Origin: the human T2T-CHM13v2.0 reference genome, Homo sapiens
Strand: one strand, 5' to 3'
Length of the DNA stretch: 64,000 nucleotides
Assembly (NCBI RefSeq): GCF_009914755.1
Contig: NC_060937.1
The position numbers and the translations under genes were made by a program. Position 1 is the first letter of the stretch. Each line of letters starts with the position of its first letter. Positions 47,781-61,150 of this stretch are shown in pieces. The notes under the pieces were generated by a model. It made no database searches. It was not told the origin of the DNA and saw only the letters and a list, made by a program, of their open reading frames with translations.

Positions 47781-50700
47781 TTAGCAACATAAGGAATATA
47801 CTTAGAAGAATGTCTTTGTGCCTGTCAGTTATTATAATCATTATGCTCTTCCGCTATTATTCTATTGAAACCGTATATCTTGGACACATTAGAAGCTACA
47901 ATGCTCTTTTCTGGTTCTGTTCATACATATGGCATTATTGTAAGAGTGTAGTTTTTTTACCTTGATGATACTACTCATGATTATGTCAAATCTTATCTCT
48001 ACAGCTTTTCTTTTGATGTTGTTGAATATTATTCTTAATACTTAAACTAAACATTTCTATAGAAAGATTGGAATTATTCCTTATATATAAAAGACAATAT
48101 ACTGTGGTCCTGATTAATTTTAGCTGATATTGAAGGCCATTCTGACTCATCAAGTGTGATGTTCATGCTCTTTACAACTTGACGACAGATGATATTCGTG
48201 TAACTTTTTTGTCATTTTTATAATCTCTGTAGACAATTCTTTACTCTCTTGAATAAGCCTTTCACTTACCCATTTGGATGGCAGCACTCTAGTGGGTCCT
48301 CCAACTTGAAGGCCTACATTATTCCTTTAAAAATGAAATATTGTTAAATTATTCACCAGCTTGAATAGTCAATGGATTTTATAACTATGCATTTCTTTGT
48401 GTGTATGTCAATTGGTACTTAAGTGGACTATATTCCTCATCTGGGATACTGTGATATTTGTTAATGTGTCTAAATTTGTAGTGTGCGTAATCATGAGCTG
48501 GGTCAAATGTGGGAGGAAAATTGTGAAGCTATTTTCCAAGTGTAAAAATTACAGATGAAGCAATCCAGCCAATATTCAAGTTCTGAATTCTGCTAGTCAC
48601 TCCACAAGTGAAATTTAATACACTTCCTATGAGTATGAAAAAATTATCATTAAGACTTACAGATTAACTTTTATCACTTTTCTCTATAAAAATCATGAAT
48701 TCCTTTTCCTTTCTTTAAAACAAAGTCTACTTTAAAAATTTTTTTAGTTACTGATTTGTAATAATTTAGCCCCCTTGTAGTGGATAATCACTAAGCAATT
48801 TATCTTAATTCTATAAAGTGTTGTGCTTCCTCTAATCACTACCTCACACACTATTTACTTCACCTGGATAATTTTCTCAACCCCCCCCCACCCCCCCCAC
48901 CCTCCACCCATACCCATAATTTTTACACCTGGCAAATTTAAAAAATAGTCTCCACAATTTTCTTCCCACATTTAACCCAGCCCCTGATTACACATGCCTA
49001 AGGCATATCATCCCACATCTACAAACTCCTTACCTTGCTACCCCCTACTCACTCAAGTGTCAGATCAGAATCACTTAAACTTTCTTTGATGTTTTTGATT
49101 GGGTTTTGTCATACCTTTCACTTACCTAGTCAACATATTTGTCTCTCTTTTGTACTGTTAGCAGATAGAGGTTGACTGTGACATAGTAGCTTATCAATAA
49201 ATATTTAACAAATAATTAAGTGAATAAATAGGCTCTTCAACGTGTAATGTTGGTTTCAGTGAGGAGGTCACTTAGTTTTCAAGTATTGCTGTAAATGATG
49301 TGATAGTAACACTAAGAGAAGAAAGAAAATCGCCACATTGTTGTCTTACATCACACAAGAGAGACTAGTGCAGATTGGGACTGTAGCACTTGCTGCACAT
49401 AAGTCATTAATTTGGAATAGGATGTCACTTCTTTCATTATGAGATTGCCAAATTACAAGATATGTGGGATGAAATATCAGCAAACAAAGGACCTTCATTG
49501 GGGGGTTATAACATTAGGGAAAAGATAGTCACAGAGTGAGCAAGAGTTTTATGAGTCTGTCAATTGACTGATTGGCAGATCTCTGTAAAATGAGCCTTTA
49601 GGGATCTGGTACTTGAATTTTAATTAAACCAAAATTATTCATTGTTCAGTTCTAAATCCCTAAAGAGAAATTGAAAATCTTGCAGAGAGACTCCCAACAG
49701 TAATTACATGTTCTGCTGAAATTTAATTGACTTGCATTACCCCGATAGACCTGACAAAGAGCTAGGTCATGGCATAGATTTTTAGAGGAATTAGATGAAA
49801 GGCAAAAATCTACTAAAAATATAAAACAATGACCAAAACTCTGCATAATTGCTTTAATACAAGAGAAGAATAAGAAATCCATTCTTTATTGTGAGTCATC
49901 TAAATATTTACAGTAAATTAAATATACTGTTTCACATTCCTTTTTTTCTTCTACTGAGCAATGTGATTTTTAATACAAAAATGCCTTTGAAAATTATATT
50001 CTGGATGAAAATTTTAGTCAAAGTACCATATTAATCTTCAAAATACTATCTAAAATAGCTCATTTTTTTAAAAAGTAACAGTGGTTTTGGTTGAATTTCT
50101 CTACCAATTTTTCATGTATTTATGAATTTATTAACCCTGATATTATTCTCCATGTACGAAGATGACATTGTTGATTAACCATCTGTTAAAATGTTGCTTC
50201 GAGTGTTGGTTTTTTTTTTTTTTTCTCATTATAGTAGTTAACTGAGTGTATTCATTCCCTTTCCTGCTTAAGCTTTTCCTGGACCTCTTATCATTCAGAG
50301 CATGCCTAAATCAAAGCTTATTAGTCCCACAGGCATAGAATCTACCCAAGGGTAAAGAATTAAAAATCATAAAATTATGGGTAGCCCCATTATACTGTCT
50401 CCACTATCCAGTTCTTTGATGAAGCCTCATGCCTTTCTTTCATGTTTCTTTCTATCATTGGATAATCCTTTTCTGTGTACCTCACAGTGTCTGTTGTACA
50501 TTTTCATATACCCTTTGTTTTGATTTCAGGACATAGGCCAATCTATGTCCTAGAAGAGGCTCTGGTATGAAATATAGGAAATGGAAAAGCAGTTAAAATC
50601 ATATTTATTGAAGACAGCTGCAGTCAGATGCATGCAAGGATAGCAGACAGGTGGTTCTCAGTGGCTTCTAGGTGAGCTTTGGAAATCTGTGGTGGTGATA

Positions 50701-51619
50701 TAGAAGCTGAGGTTGTCAGTGCCAGATGCAGGTATCTTACTCCCCTAGCTTTTTCTTTCAAATATTTCACATGCCTCTAATTCTCTACATTAAAACATCT
50801 GACATTTGAGGTATATAAAGTGACTCCTTTTTTCATTAAACCCTAATCAAATATCAATTTCTAAATTTTTTTAAGAAGACAATTAAAACCTGAATAAATT
50901 ATAACCAAGGGATCAGTTGAACACAGTTATCTAAGAATGATCCTTAAGTGATGTTACATGTCCTGACAATTTTTCTGGTGGGTTTCTTTAGTACAGATAA
51001 TGCTCATACAGATTACTGGAATCAGGTCTATGAAATAATGAGAAGATGTTCATTTCCTTTATAAATACAATAAATTCCAATAACAATAGGAAAAATAATA
51101 CTTTTTAAATGAAATGTAAGCATTCTGACTTCTGGCTAAAAACCTAGGGTTATTTTTCAGGCCCAACCACAGGCAATTGCAAAGGCTTCGCCAGACAGGC
51201 CTCGTGGGGAAAGCTGCCCTCCCCACACCAGGCTTGGGGCATAGCCCACCGATTTCAGTCTCTTCAGGAAGGGGCAGTCAAGGACTCGGGCATCCCTGCA
51301 TTCCCAGCTTAGGTGCTTCTATCTGGAAGTCTCTTTATGGGGAACTGGGGTTCCTTTGAGGCCCCCTCTCAGGTACCTCTGGACTTATCAGAAGAAAGGG
51401 AGGTAGCTTGAAGACCCTTTTCTCCACTCTGACTCAGTTCTCAGTACTTTTCAACTCCTAGAACTTCCCCTTCTCCTAGTCCAGGATCTTCGGGCCAAAA
51501 AACAGCAGGAGCCTTTTGTTGAGAGCTCCCTCAGCAATGAGATGATTCCCTACAGCTGTGCTGATTCACCTGCCCAACACGCCCTTCGATGTTTCATGAA
51601 AAGATTATTTTTTCTTCGT

Positions 51620-53740
51620 TGATCTCCAATATGATGCTTAATAGGAGTGGTGAATGTAAACATCTTTGCCATGTTTCTGGTCCTAGTGAAATTACTGTCT
51701 TTCACAGTTATGTTACAGTGTTAGCTATACATATTTTGTAGATGCTATTAATCAGGTTATGGAAGATTTGTTTTACTCTGAGTTGTTTTTTTAATTTTAT
51801 TATTATTATACTTTAAGTTTTAGGGTACATGTGCACAACATGCAGGTTTGTTACATATGTATACATGTGCCATGTTGGTGTGCTGCACCCATTAACTCGT
51901 CATTTAGCATTAGGTATATCTCCTAATGCTATCCCTCCCCCCTCCCCCCACCCCACAACAGTCCCTGGTGTGTGATGTTCCCCTTCCTGTGTCCATGTGT
52001 TCTCATTGTTCAATTCCCACCTATGAGTGAGAACATGCGGTGTTTGGTTTTTATAATGAATGGAAGGTGAGTTTTCCCCATTGCTTTTTCTGTATTTATG
52101 AAGGGAATCAAATTGTATTTTTGTTTTTGATATTGTTAGTTACCTCGATTGATTTTCATTATTCAAATGTTGATGCAATCTTGCTTGCATTGGGTAAATC
52201 TCACTTTATCATCTTTCTTGTATACTGTTATATTTAATTCCCCATATATTTTGAGAAATTTTGCATCTGTGCTCATCAGGGATGTTAGTTTACAGTTTTC
52301 TTTCCCTGTAAGGTCTTTACTAGTTTTGATTTCAGGATATTCCACATATCACAATATGGGTTGGAAAGCATTCACTCCTTTCCTACTTTCTGAAATTGTT
52401 TTTATGGTACAATTGGTATGTTTTCCTTAAATTTTTAATAGTTGGTTAACATATCTTGGCCTGTAGTTTTCACCACTGGAGTTTAATTTTTTTAACAATG
52501 AGTTTAATTTCTCTGGTAGGTATAGTACTATTCTGGTTGCCTCTTCCTTTTTGAGTAAATTTTGGCAATTTGTATCTTTCAAGGAATACGTAAATTTCAT
52601 CTCAGTTACAATTTTTCGGCATAAAGTCGTTTATAATGTACACTTGTTACCCTTTTACATATCTCAGCTATGTGGTGGTATACTGATACAATTTTTAACT
52701 TGATAATTTGTGTCTTCTGTTTTTCAGTTTGTTATCACTCTGGCTATACATTTATCAATATTATTGGTTGTATCAAAAAGACATTTCTTTTAAAAAATTT
52801 CTGTTGTCTTTTGGTTTCAAATTTCTTTAATTGTCTCTGTTTTTATTTATTTTTTATTTGGATTTACTTTGCTTTTCCACTTTAAGTCAAATTTTAGATC
52901 ATTGATATAAAACCTTTCATCTTCTCCAATATAAGCATTTGATGCTATATGTTTCTCTCCAAAAACACTGCTTTAACTGCATCCTACACATTTTGATATG
53001 TTGCCATGGCTGTCTGGACATTGAGTACAATTCTGCTTTCATTTCACTCAATTAAAAATACTTTGAAACTTTTCCTCCACATAGATGCATACATTTATGT
53101 AGAAATATCTTAGTAAAGTATGTTGTTTAGTTTCCAAATATTTGTAGATTTTTCAGATACTTTTTATGACTGATTTCAGGGGTAATAACATGTGATTAGA
53201 GACTATAAGTTGTATATTTTCAATATTTTCAACATCTGATGTTTGTTTTATGTACCAGAAAATAATTTTTGGTGATTAATATTTTATGTCACTTGAAAAA
53301 TATGAATACTTTTATCTTATTGGGTGAAGTGTTCTACAAATGTCAATTCAGACAAACTGACATTTGATAGTGATGTTCTGGTCTTCATGACCTAATGATA
53401 CCCTGTCTATTTGTGTTTTGATTACTGTAAGAGAAATGTTAAGTTTTCCCAGCATTATTATAAATTTGTACATATCTTCTTTCAGTTACTTTTGTTTTAC
53501 GTATGTTGAGTCTTGGTTGTAGGGTAAATACATATTAAGGATTACTATGTCTTTATGGTGTATCAACCTCTATGGTTATGTAATGTTCTGTTTTTCCATG
53601 GAAATATTTCTTGTCTGAACTGTCCTGTTCGTAACATTGATAATGTCTTCCAGCTTATTTTGATTAGTGTTTTATGATAGTTGTATTCCATCCTTATTTT
53701 AAACTATGTTTATTTTCTATTTTTAACCTATTTCATAATG
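51620..53740 (-). mobile_element. Old L1M ORF2 remnant
   Basis: Degenerate antisense L1 (aataggagtggtga, ttttgcatctgtgctcatcagggat, cactgctttaactgcatcc). Confidence 0.7.
51787..52052 (-). mobile_element. Short 3' fragment of L1PA4-type LINE-1 nested in the old L1
   Basis: About 265 bp of near-consensus 3'UTR (gtgcacaacatgcaggtttg, gtccctggtgtgtg) plus tail. Confidence 0.92.
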
Positions 53741-54286
53741 AAAGGGTAACTTCTATCATTGAACATATAGTCACATTGTGTTTTCTACTATAATTGTTAT
53801 CAATAATTGATGTATAATTTTAATATAAATTTATATAAAAGTATATACGTATGCACAATTTACTTTGCAGTGTATCTGTGATGGTCCCTTGCATTCATGT
53901 GGCTTGTTTCTCCTTTTCATTCTGATATTGTTTTTCTTCCTGCCTTCTCTTTTTTGCCTATATTTCTTATTTCTTTCTACTATTATGTGTTATATATTAA
54001 ATTGATTACTACTGAATTATATGGTCAAAATTATAAGCAAGTTTTATTACCTGAATGTTTTATCAGAACTCTTTTGTCTTCACTGTTTTTAAAGGTAAAC
54101 AAATATGTCAATTTTACTATTTTGCACATTTATTTGTGACTGAAAATTTAAAATATAGCACATCAGAATTTTCTTTTATTGCAATTCAAATTTTTGAAAA
54201 TCAGAAAATCTAATTAATTATTATGCTCTTGTCAGACTACCCAATGTTTTATTTATATTATTTCCCCACAGGTTACTTTCCTTCAT

Positions 54287-54600
54287 TTTTGTTTTGTTTT
54301 GTTTTTGTTTCTGTTTGTGTTTTTGAGGAGTCTCGCTCTGTCACCCAGGCTAGAGTGCAGTGGTAAGATCTCAGCTCACTGCAACCTCTGCCTCCCGGGT
54401 TTAAGCTATTTTCACACCTCAGTTTCCTGAGTAGCTGGGACTACAGGCACATGCCACCACGCCTGTCTAATTCTTTCATTTTTAGTAGAGACCGGGTTTC
54501 ACCATGTTGGCCAGGCTGCTCTCCAACTCCTGGCCTCAAGTGATCCACCCACCCCAGCCTCCCAAGGTGCTGGGATTACAGGCATGAACTACCATGCCTG
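54287..54600 (-). mobile_element. Alu (AluSz/Jb-like)
   Basis: Full body, cctcaagtgatcc, (TTTTG)n tail. Confidence 0.9.
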
Positions 54601-54610
54601 TTCTGTTGTC

Positions 54611-54904
<294 letters not shown>

Positions 54905-55924
54905 TGCTTCAAATTCTTGGTGTTGGGCCCGCCTTCTAAAGCACATGGAAGTACATGAGACCTATTGGTACTCCTTTGGGTCAAATCAAAAAGTTGAGCT
55001 AAAGTGTATTGAAGTTAGTAAAATACATTCAAACTACACAGAACCCATATAAGTTATCCGTATTAAGATAAGAAGGAAAAGATGCTATAAGAAAAAGACA
55101 TCACTCATCATAGGTTATTAAAATTATGAGTATACAGTCTCTCCTATCATACAGCTGCTTTCTCGACCTGCTGAATAAAATTACCAGCAAGAAAGAAATG
55201 TACAAGAATAGGATTTATGGTTAAATTGACTTGCCGTAATTCCCTATATTAGAATTCTCAAAAGAATCTCATGGTGATAAAGACAGAAACTTCAGCCACA
55301 TTTAAATGGTCTACTTCTTCATTCATTCTTAACACCCTTAAGCTCAGTGTGTGTTAGTTTTCTTTCAAATCAAGAAAATCTCTTGAGTAATGGATATCTC
55401 AGGTACCATCCTTTGTTTCCCTACAGATAACAATGTCATTACTCCTGTCCTCCTGTAAAGCAAGTGATCTCTGGTGTTCTGAAATATCTTTTCTCTTCCC
55501 TCCTGTTGTTTGGGTAAACTTTCTGGTAGAGAGGTATGGGATTTGGTACCAGAGTTGAAAGTCAAATTGAGAAGGTTCTTTATTAACATTTCAAAGCAGA
55601 AGTTATGAGAGGTCTAAATTGTCCTGGCAATTTTTTTCAGTGAGCATTTGTGAAGACTCTGGGATCAAGGTTGGGTTAAACATTTGTGATGCCTCCATCA
55701 ATGGTCTAGTCACAACTCTAAGCTCCCGAATCTTTGGGCCTCATTGGAAAGTAATGCTGAACTCTCAAATTTCTACAAGGTAGCCTGGAAAGAACTCTCT
55801 AGTCCAGAAAGAGGCTGAAAACCCAAACACCAACCTATTTTCACTCTAAAGATCTTATGCAAACAATTTTTAAAAGCTCACATTATGAAGACCCAGATGT
55901 TGAGCGATATTCTCAATATTTTCC

Positions 55925-56065
55925 CAGCCTTAGTTTCCTCAACTGTGAAACAGGGATAATAAAACCCTGCCATATTACAGAGTTGCTGTGAAGATTGAGC
56001 TAATATTGGCAGATAGATGAATGGTGCCTGACTCATACGAATACTTTAGAAATGTTTGTTTTGAT
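55925..56065 (+). mobile_element. MIR fragment
   Basis: agccttagtttcctcaactgtgaaacagggataata...gttgctgtgaagattga. Confidence 0.7.
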
Positions 56066-57384
56066 TGTTATTCATGAATAATGTTATATTATATGTACAA
56101 TTAAAGAAAGCAAAACTTTAAAAATGCAGCTTGAAATTTTGAGGGTATTGCTTTTGTTTTGAATTCAAAGGACATGCCATTTCTTAGATTTGGCTACCGC
56201 TGTTGTACTGATTCAGTAATAGAAACTCTGATTCAGTCAACAGTTCAAAGACAAATCACTTAATGTTCTTAAGTATCAAATTTGTGATAAATCATACAAC
56301 ATTAAACACATGTATATAAGATATTTGAGATATTTCTATAAAATATATCTATAAAACATTGAAACCTCTATCTTTATTCTTAAACAGAATTTTTGATGTG
56401 TCCACAATAGACAATACAAAGTCTATAATAAATGATACAAAATAACAGTCAATTCATTTTGTTATATGGAAGATTAGGATCACATTTATTTCATCTGAAT
56501 ATATATTATAATTGTGCTCAATCTATTTATTGATATTAATCACATTAAATACCAATGGGTCTCACTTACAGACAAAACACCTATATTATCTATAATAGAA
56601 GACCTGAAAAATCTTGTGATATTTGAACTGAAAAGTGATTAAAAACTGAGAACCAGAAAATGTATGCTAGCCTTTCAAGTTCATACAACTTTATCAATAC
56701 TGAACTCTCAAATCTCTGTATTTCCACACAATTGCAATTTTCTTAATTATAGCTATACTTGCTTTTATGATGAATTTGGCCAACCAATTATTTTCTCATA
56801 TTTTGTTCAGGTACATATAAATAATAATTTTTAATGTCTAATCCCTTTAATAAAGTTATTTCAATTTGGGATACATTTATATAAATTCAAAGAATGAAGA
56901 GAACTGAAATTTAATTTTTCTAAAAAAGTAAAACAAAAAAAAAGAAAGCTAGACATGTGACCAGAGTTATGAATAGACATGTATTAAATACATTGTCATA
57001 TGATACTGAGTCCATTGAAGCACACAGTGTTCCTGGAGGCAACACAAATGCTGTGGCAACACTATAGCTAGCTATCCCGGTCTCAAATTGAGCATAGTCT
57101 TCACAGGAGAAAACCAAAATGTAAATAAATATATGTTATTCTGCCTAATACTTACAATAGAAGTGTGAACTTGGTTTAAATTGAGCAAGATGGTGGGAGC
57201 AAATGGTTCACTTTACCAGAGACCCGAGGGAATTTTTTTTTCATGATTACAGAGAACATCTCACTTTCAGTTTCATTATTGTTAGAATTAAAGCAACGTT
57301 TTGTAAAAACATTCCTAATAGGCATATGCTAGAGGAAAGAGTTTTACAGAAATATTCTGAAAATTTAGCGATTACTAAATATCC

Positions 57385-57721
57385 ATGAGCTACACAACAT
57401 TTCCCAGTTGCCCTTGTAGTTAGTCAAGAGTCACATAAATAGTCTGGCTATAGTAGATGGAGAGGATTGATGCCCCAATGTGGCTTGTCAGCTCTGTGTC
57501 ATTTCTGTAATCCCAGAGGCCGCAGATTGAACTTGCAGTACAAAATATGAAGAAAACCTATATGTTTAATCATTTTATGTTGATAAGAACTACCTTGTAG
57601 AACCCCAAAAGTTTCACTGGACTTTAGATAATCAAGGAACTAAGTTTTGATGTGCTAAGCCATTGAGCTTTGGTGGGATGTTATCACAGTAAAAAAAAAA
57701 TCATCTAATCTGACTAATGCA
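57385..57721 (+). mobile_element. MLT1-type LTR remnant
   Basis: acatttcccag..cccttgtagttag start; gctaagccattgag...ctgactaatgca end. Confidence 0.55.
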
Positions 57722-58109
57722 GAGATTGTAGAATTCAGATTCTTTTTTTCTAAAGTGTGTCTGTATTACTGGCAGCTATAATGCAATTCCTTTTGCCATG
57801 TTTATGAATGATTATAAATTCTTTTTTCCTTAATGTGCAATAACAAAAGGCTTTGTGAGATAGTACAAGGCTGATGTGACTATCAAAGGAACATTATTTC
57901 AGCCTTTAAAAGTTTAGTACTCTAAAGAATAGAAAATGCAGTGCATTGCATATGTTTTGCTCCTTCTATCCCACCAAACAAATGATGACATGCCTCTTGG
58001 CTGCAATCTTATATACTTACTGGAGACTATTTTCAGCATTCCAAAATTATCACTGCAAAACAGTCTGAAGAAATGTCTCTTTGGTTATTTATTTGAATTA
58101 ACCAAACAG

Positions 58110-58278
58110 ATATCCTATGTCATCAATCCTAAAAACACCTTTTTCACATTTTAACATATGTAAAATTGAGATGCATGTAACAATCAGTAGGTCTTACAAT
58201 TACACTCTTTCTTGGTGATATATAAAATCATGTTGTGCCTTAAAAACCAAAGATGTTATATATTAAGTTAAAACATTG
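58110..58278. mobile_element. MER96B-like DNA transposon remnant
   Basis: ttttttcacattttaacat...aaattgagatgcat..acaatc. Confidence 0.5.
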
Positions 58279-58569
58279 GGCTGGGCAGGGTGGCTCATGC
58301 CTATAATCCCAGCACTTGGGAGGCTGAGTCAGGAGGATTTCTTGAGCCCAGGAGTTTAAGATCTGGGCAACAAAGCAACACCTTATCTCTACAAAAACTA
58401 AAAAAAAAAAAAACTTAGCCAGGCACAGTGGTATGTGCTTGTACTCCTGGCTACTTGGGAGGCTGGGATGGGAGCATCCCTTGAGCCTAGACGTTTAGGT
58501 TACAGTGAGCTATGATTGTGACACTGCACTCCAGCCTGGGTGACAGAATAAGACCCTGTCTCAAAAAAA
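58279..58569 (+). mobile_element. AluJ
   Basis: cttgagcccaggagtt, gtgagctatgattg, gaccctgtctcaaaa. Confidence 0.92.
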
Positions 58570-60197
58570 TTATGCAATATTGCTTATACATAAGGCTATT
58601 AATTTTTTTAATTTTTTAAAAAACATTGAGAATTAATAATTAATTTGAAAATGTTTTGTTGTAAACAGTCTAACAGCACATGAAAGAGTAATTTAATTCC
58701 CTAGGGATTCCCACATAATTAATAAAAGGCAACACCAAAGAAAGGTAACAAGACCTGGAGATGATTCAAAGTTTCATATTAACCAATTAAGAAAGCCCAG
58801 TCATGATCCCTGCTTCTCTAACATCATTTATGTGGTGGCTGCATTTTCCTCAAAAAAATCCCAATGTGCTTCAGTGGGCTATTTTCCTATTTGATTTATG
58901 CACAGATTAAAAAGATCACCTTGTATTCTCTGTACCTGCGTATCTGTGATTTAAAGTATTCTTTTATAATTTATATAGTAGATAAATACATACCTATTAG
59001 TCCTTTTATTTTAAACATTAAATTAGCAAAACCATTGTTTCTGAAATAAAATATAGCAAAAAGAGTGAACACTGTTACTTTATATAAAATTGAAATAAAC
59101 AAAGAGGAGTTGAAAATAAATCGTACTAAAGCAAAGAAAGAAAGCATACCTTTTTTTTTTTTTTGCTCTAATACCAAGGCTAAACATGTCAAACTAAACT
59201 AATGGTTTTTATATCAGTTCATTAGAATCTATATTCCGAACAAATCGGCTCTGCTTTTACTGTGTGAACAATTTTAGATAACAAGGATGTTTATTGAAAA
59301 TAAACACATTGATCTTATTTCTACATTAAATTGCTTCATTTCAGATGTAGTTTTATCATGTAACTCTTTGAATATCACAAAAGTATGCTAACCAAATCCA
59401 TAGGTTGTCATATTTTTCAAAGACAATTGTATATATCCCAGGATAGATGAAATAATATTTTAATCTCAATTTACTATCATCACAACCAAAATAATTGTAC
59501 TAAAGCTTATAAAACTTACTTTAATTTCCCTATCTCCTTTTTACATAAAGAAAAATAAATGTAATAGTTATTATCTCATCCCCCATACATTATCCAGCTG
59601 CTGAGAAAGATATTATAGCATAAGGAAGGAACACTGTACTGAGCTTCAGGAAATCTGGCTTCTGATGCTAGCTCAATCCCTGTACTAGGTGTGGATGTCG
59701 ACCAAAGAGCATATTCATTGTACAAATCAGAAGGTGGTTTCAGAAGCTAGTAGCATTTTCAAAATATATATAAGTTGTAAAATGGCTTACACCTAGATGC
59801 TAGTCAAATGTTAATGAACTTCTGTGCCAAGAACTACACATGAGAAAGGATAGAAATGAATGGGTTAGGATTGTGAAAAAATATAGCAGCTAGTGTGTGA
59901 ACCTGCATTAATCTACATCAGGAAACATCTTGTAGGAATGACCTTTATTCATCATGTATAGGAGGTTACAGAAAATTTAGAAAGCTCATTTTACATAATC
60001 CTGAAGAAATATACCGAAACTCCTTCTTGCTCTTCTCACATGTTAGGTCTTAAGATCCGGAGATGCTCTCAGCTTTTCTTTGTAAAGCTAGCAGTAAAAT
60101 GTATGTATCTGAGAAATAGAATGAGAAATCCAGCTTTCTCTCTCAGGATACAGTCTTTAAATTGAATGATTTGGTCTAAACACCTAAGTTACCTTTC

Positions 60198-60594
60198 ATT
60201 TTCTTTTTTTAACTTTTAAGTTCAGGGGTACAAGTGCAGGTTTGTTCCATAGGTAAAATTGTGTCACAGGGGTTCATTGTACAGATATTTCACTACCCAG
60301 GTATTAAGCCTAGTACCCATTAGTTATTTTTCCTGATCCTCTCCAACCTCCCACCCCCCACCCTCCAATAGGCCCCAGTGTGTGTTATTCCCCTCTACAT
60401 GTCCATATGTTCTCATCATTTAGCTTCATCTATAAGTGAGAGCAGGTGGTATTTGGTTTTCTGTTCCTGTGTTAGTTTGCTAAGGATAATGGCCTACAGC
60501 TCCATCCATTGTCCCTGCAAAGGACACAATCTTGTGTTTTTTATGGCTGCATTGTATTCCATGGTGTGTATGTACCACATTTTCTTTATCCATT
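60198..60594 (-). mobile_element. Older L1PA (PA11-PA15-like) 3' fragment
   Basis: cccaggtattaagcctagtacccattagttatttttcctgatcctc 3'UTR motif. Confidence 0.85.
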
Positions 60595-60889
60595 TTGTAA
60601 TATTCCCATACAATTTTTGTAGGTGACAATAAAAGACACAACAACTCCACTCCTTATGTGATATGCCACTTGATTAATGGGACCTTTCATGATTGGATGT
60701 TGGGGTGCCTTTACAATTTATCTTTTGTCTTGCAACCTCAAATTCAACCTTATATTCAAGTATAACTGTGACTAGGGCCATAGTTATACTTGACTGTGAA
60801 TTTCCTAAATACAACTTAATGTCAATTTCATCTAGGTTTATGGAAATGTACTTCCCTCTACTTAGAAAGCTCTCTTCTTGCTTATTACC

Positions 60890-61150
60890 TAGATAAATGC
60901 TACCATATTTCTCACCTCAACTTGCAGGTCTCTTCCTCCAGGAAGCTTTTCCTGGCCCTCTATATGTGCTCCCATTGCACTTTGTGTTATACCTGCCCTC
61001 TCATAGCACATGTCACACTCTAGTGAAATTGCCTGTTGGCTTCTCATTTTTACCCCTCAAAAACCATGTGTCACCCTGTCTACATTGTGTGCCATGACCA
61101 TAGCGCAGTTGGTTTTTGGGCAAAGTGAGACCTGTATAAATATTATTAAG
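60890..61150 (+). mobile_element. L2 3' remnant
   Basis: cttcctccaggaagctttt...ctcccattgcact...catagcac...aaatatt...tgaatg. Confidence 0.5.

Noticed and set aside
48881-48909. C-run tract with G-quadruplex potential on the minus strand
   Set aside because: Isolated low-complexity run with no supporting context.
51787-51815. Tail ttaattttattattattatacttta identical to that of the full-length L1 at 4451
   Set aside because: I recall this tail as common in L1PA3/4 elements, and the bodies differ at diagnostic sites, so it is not evidence of parentage.
55395-55520. Possible exon (ccctacag ... gg|gtaaac)
   Set aside because: Splice-like motifs occur by chance; no recognisable protein and no partner exons.
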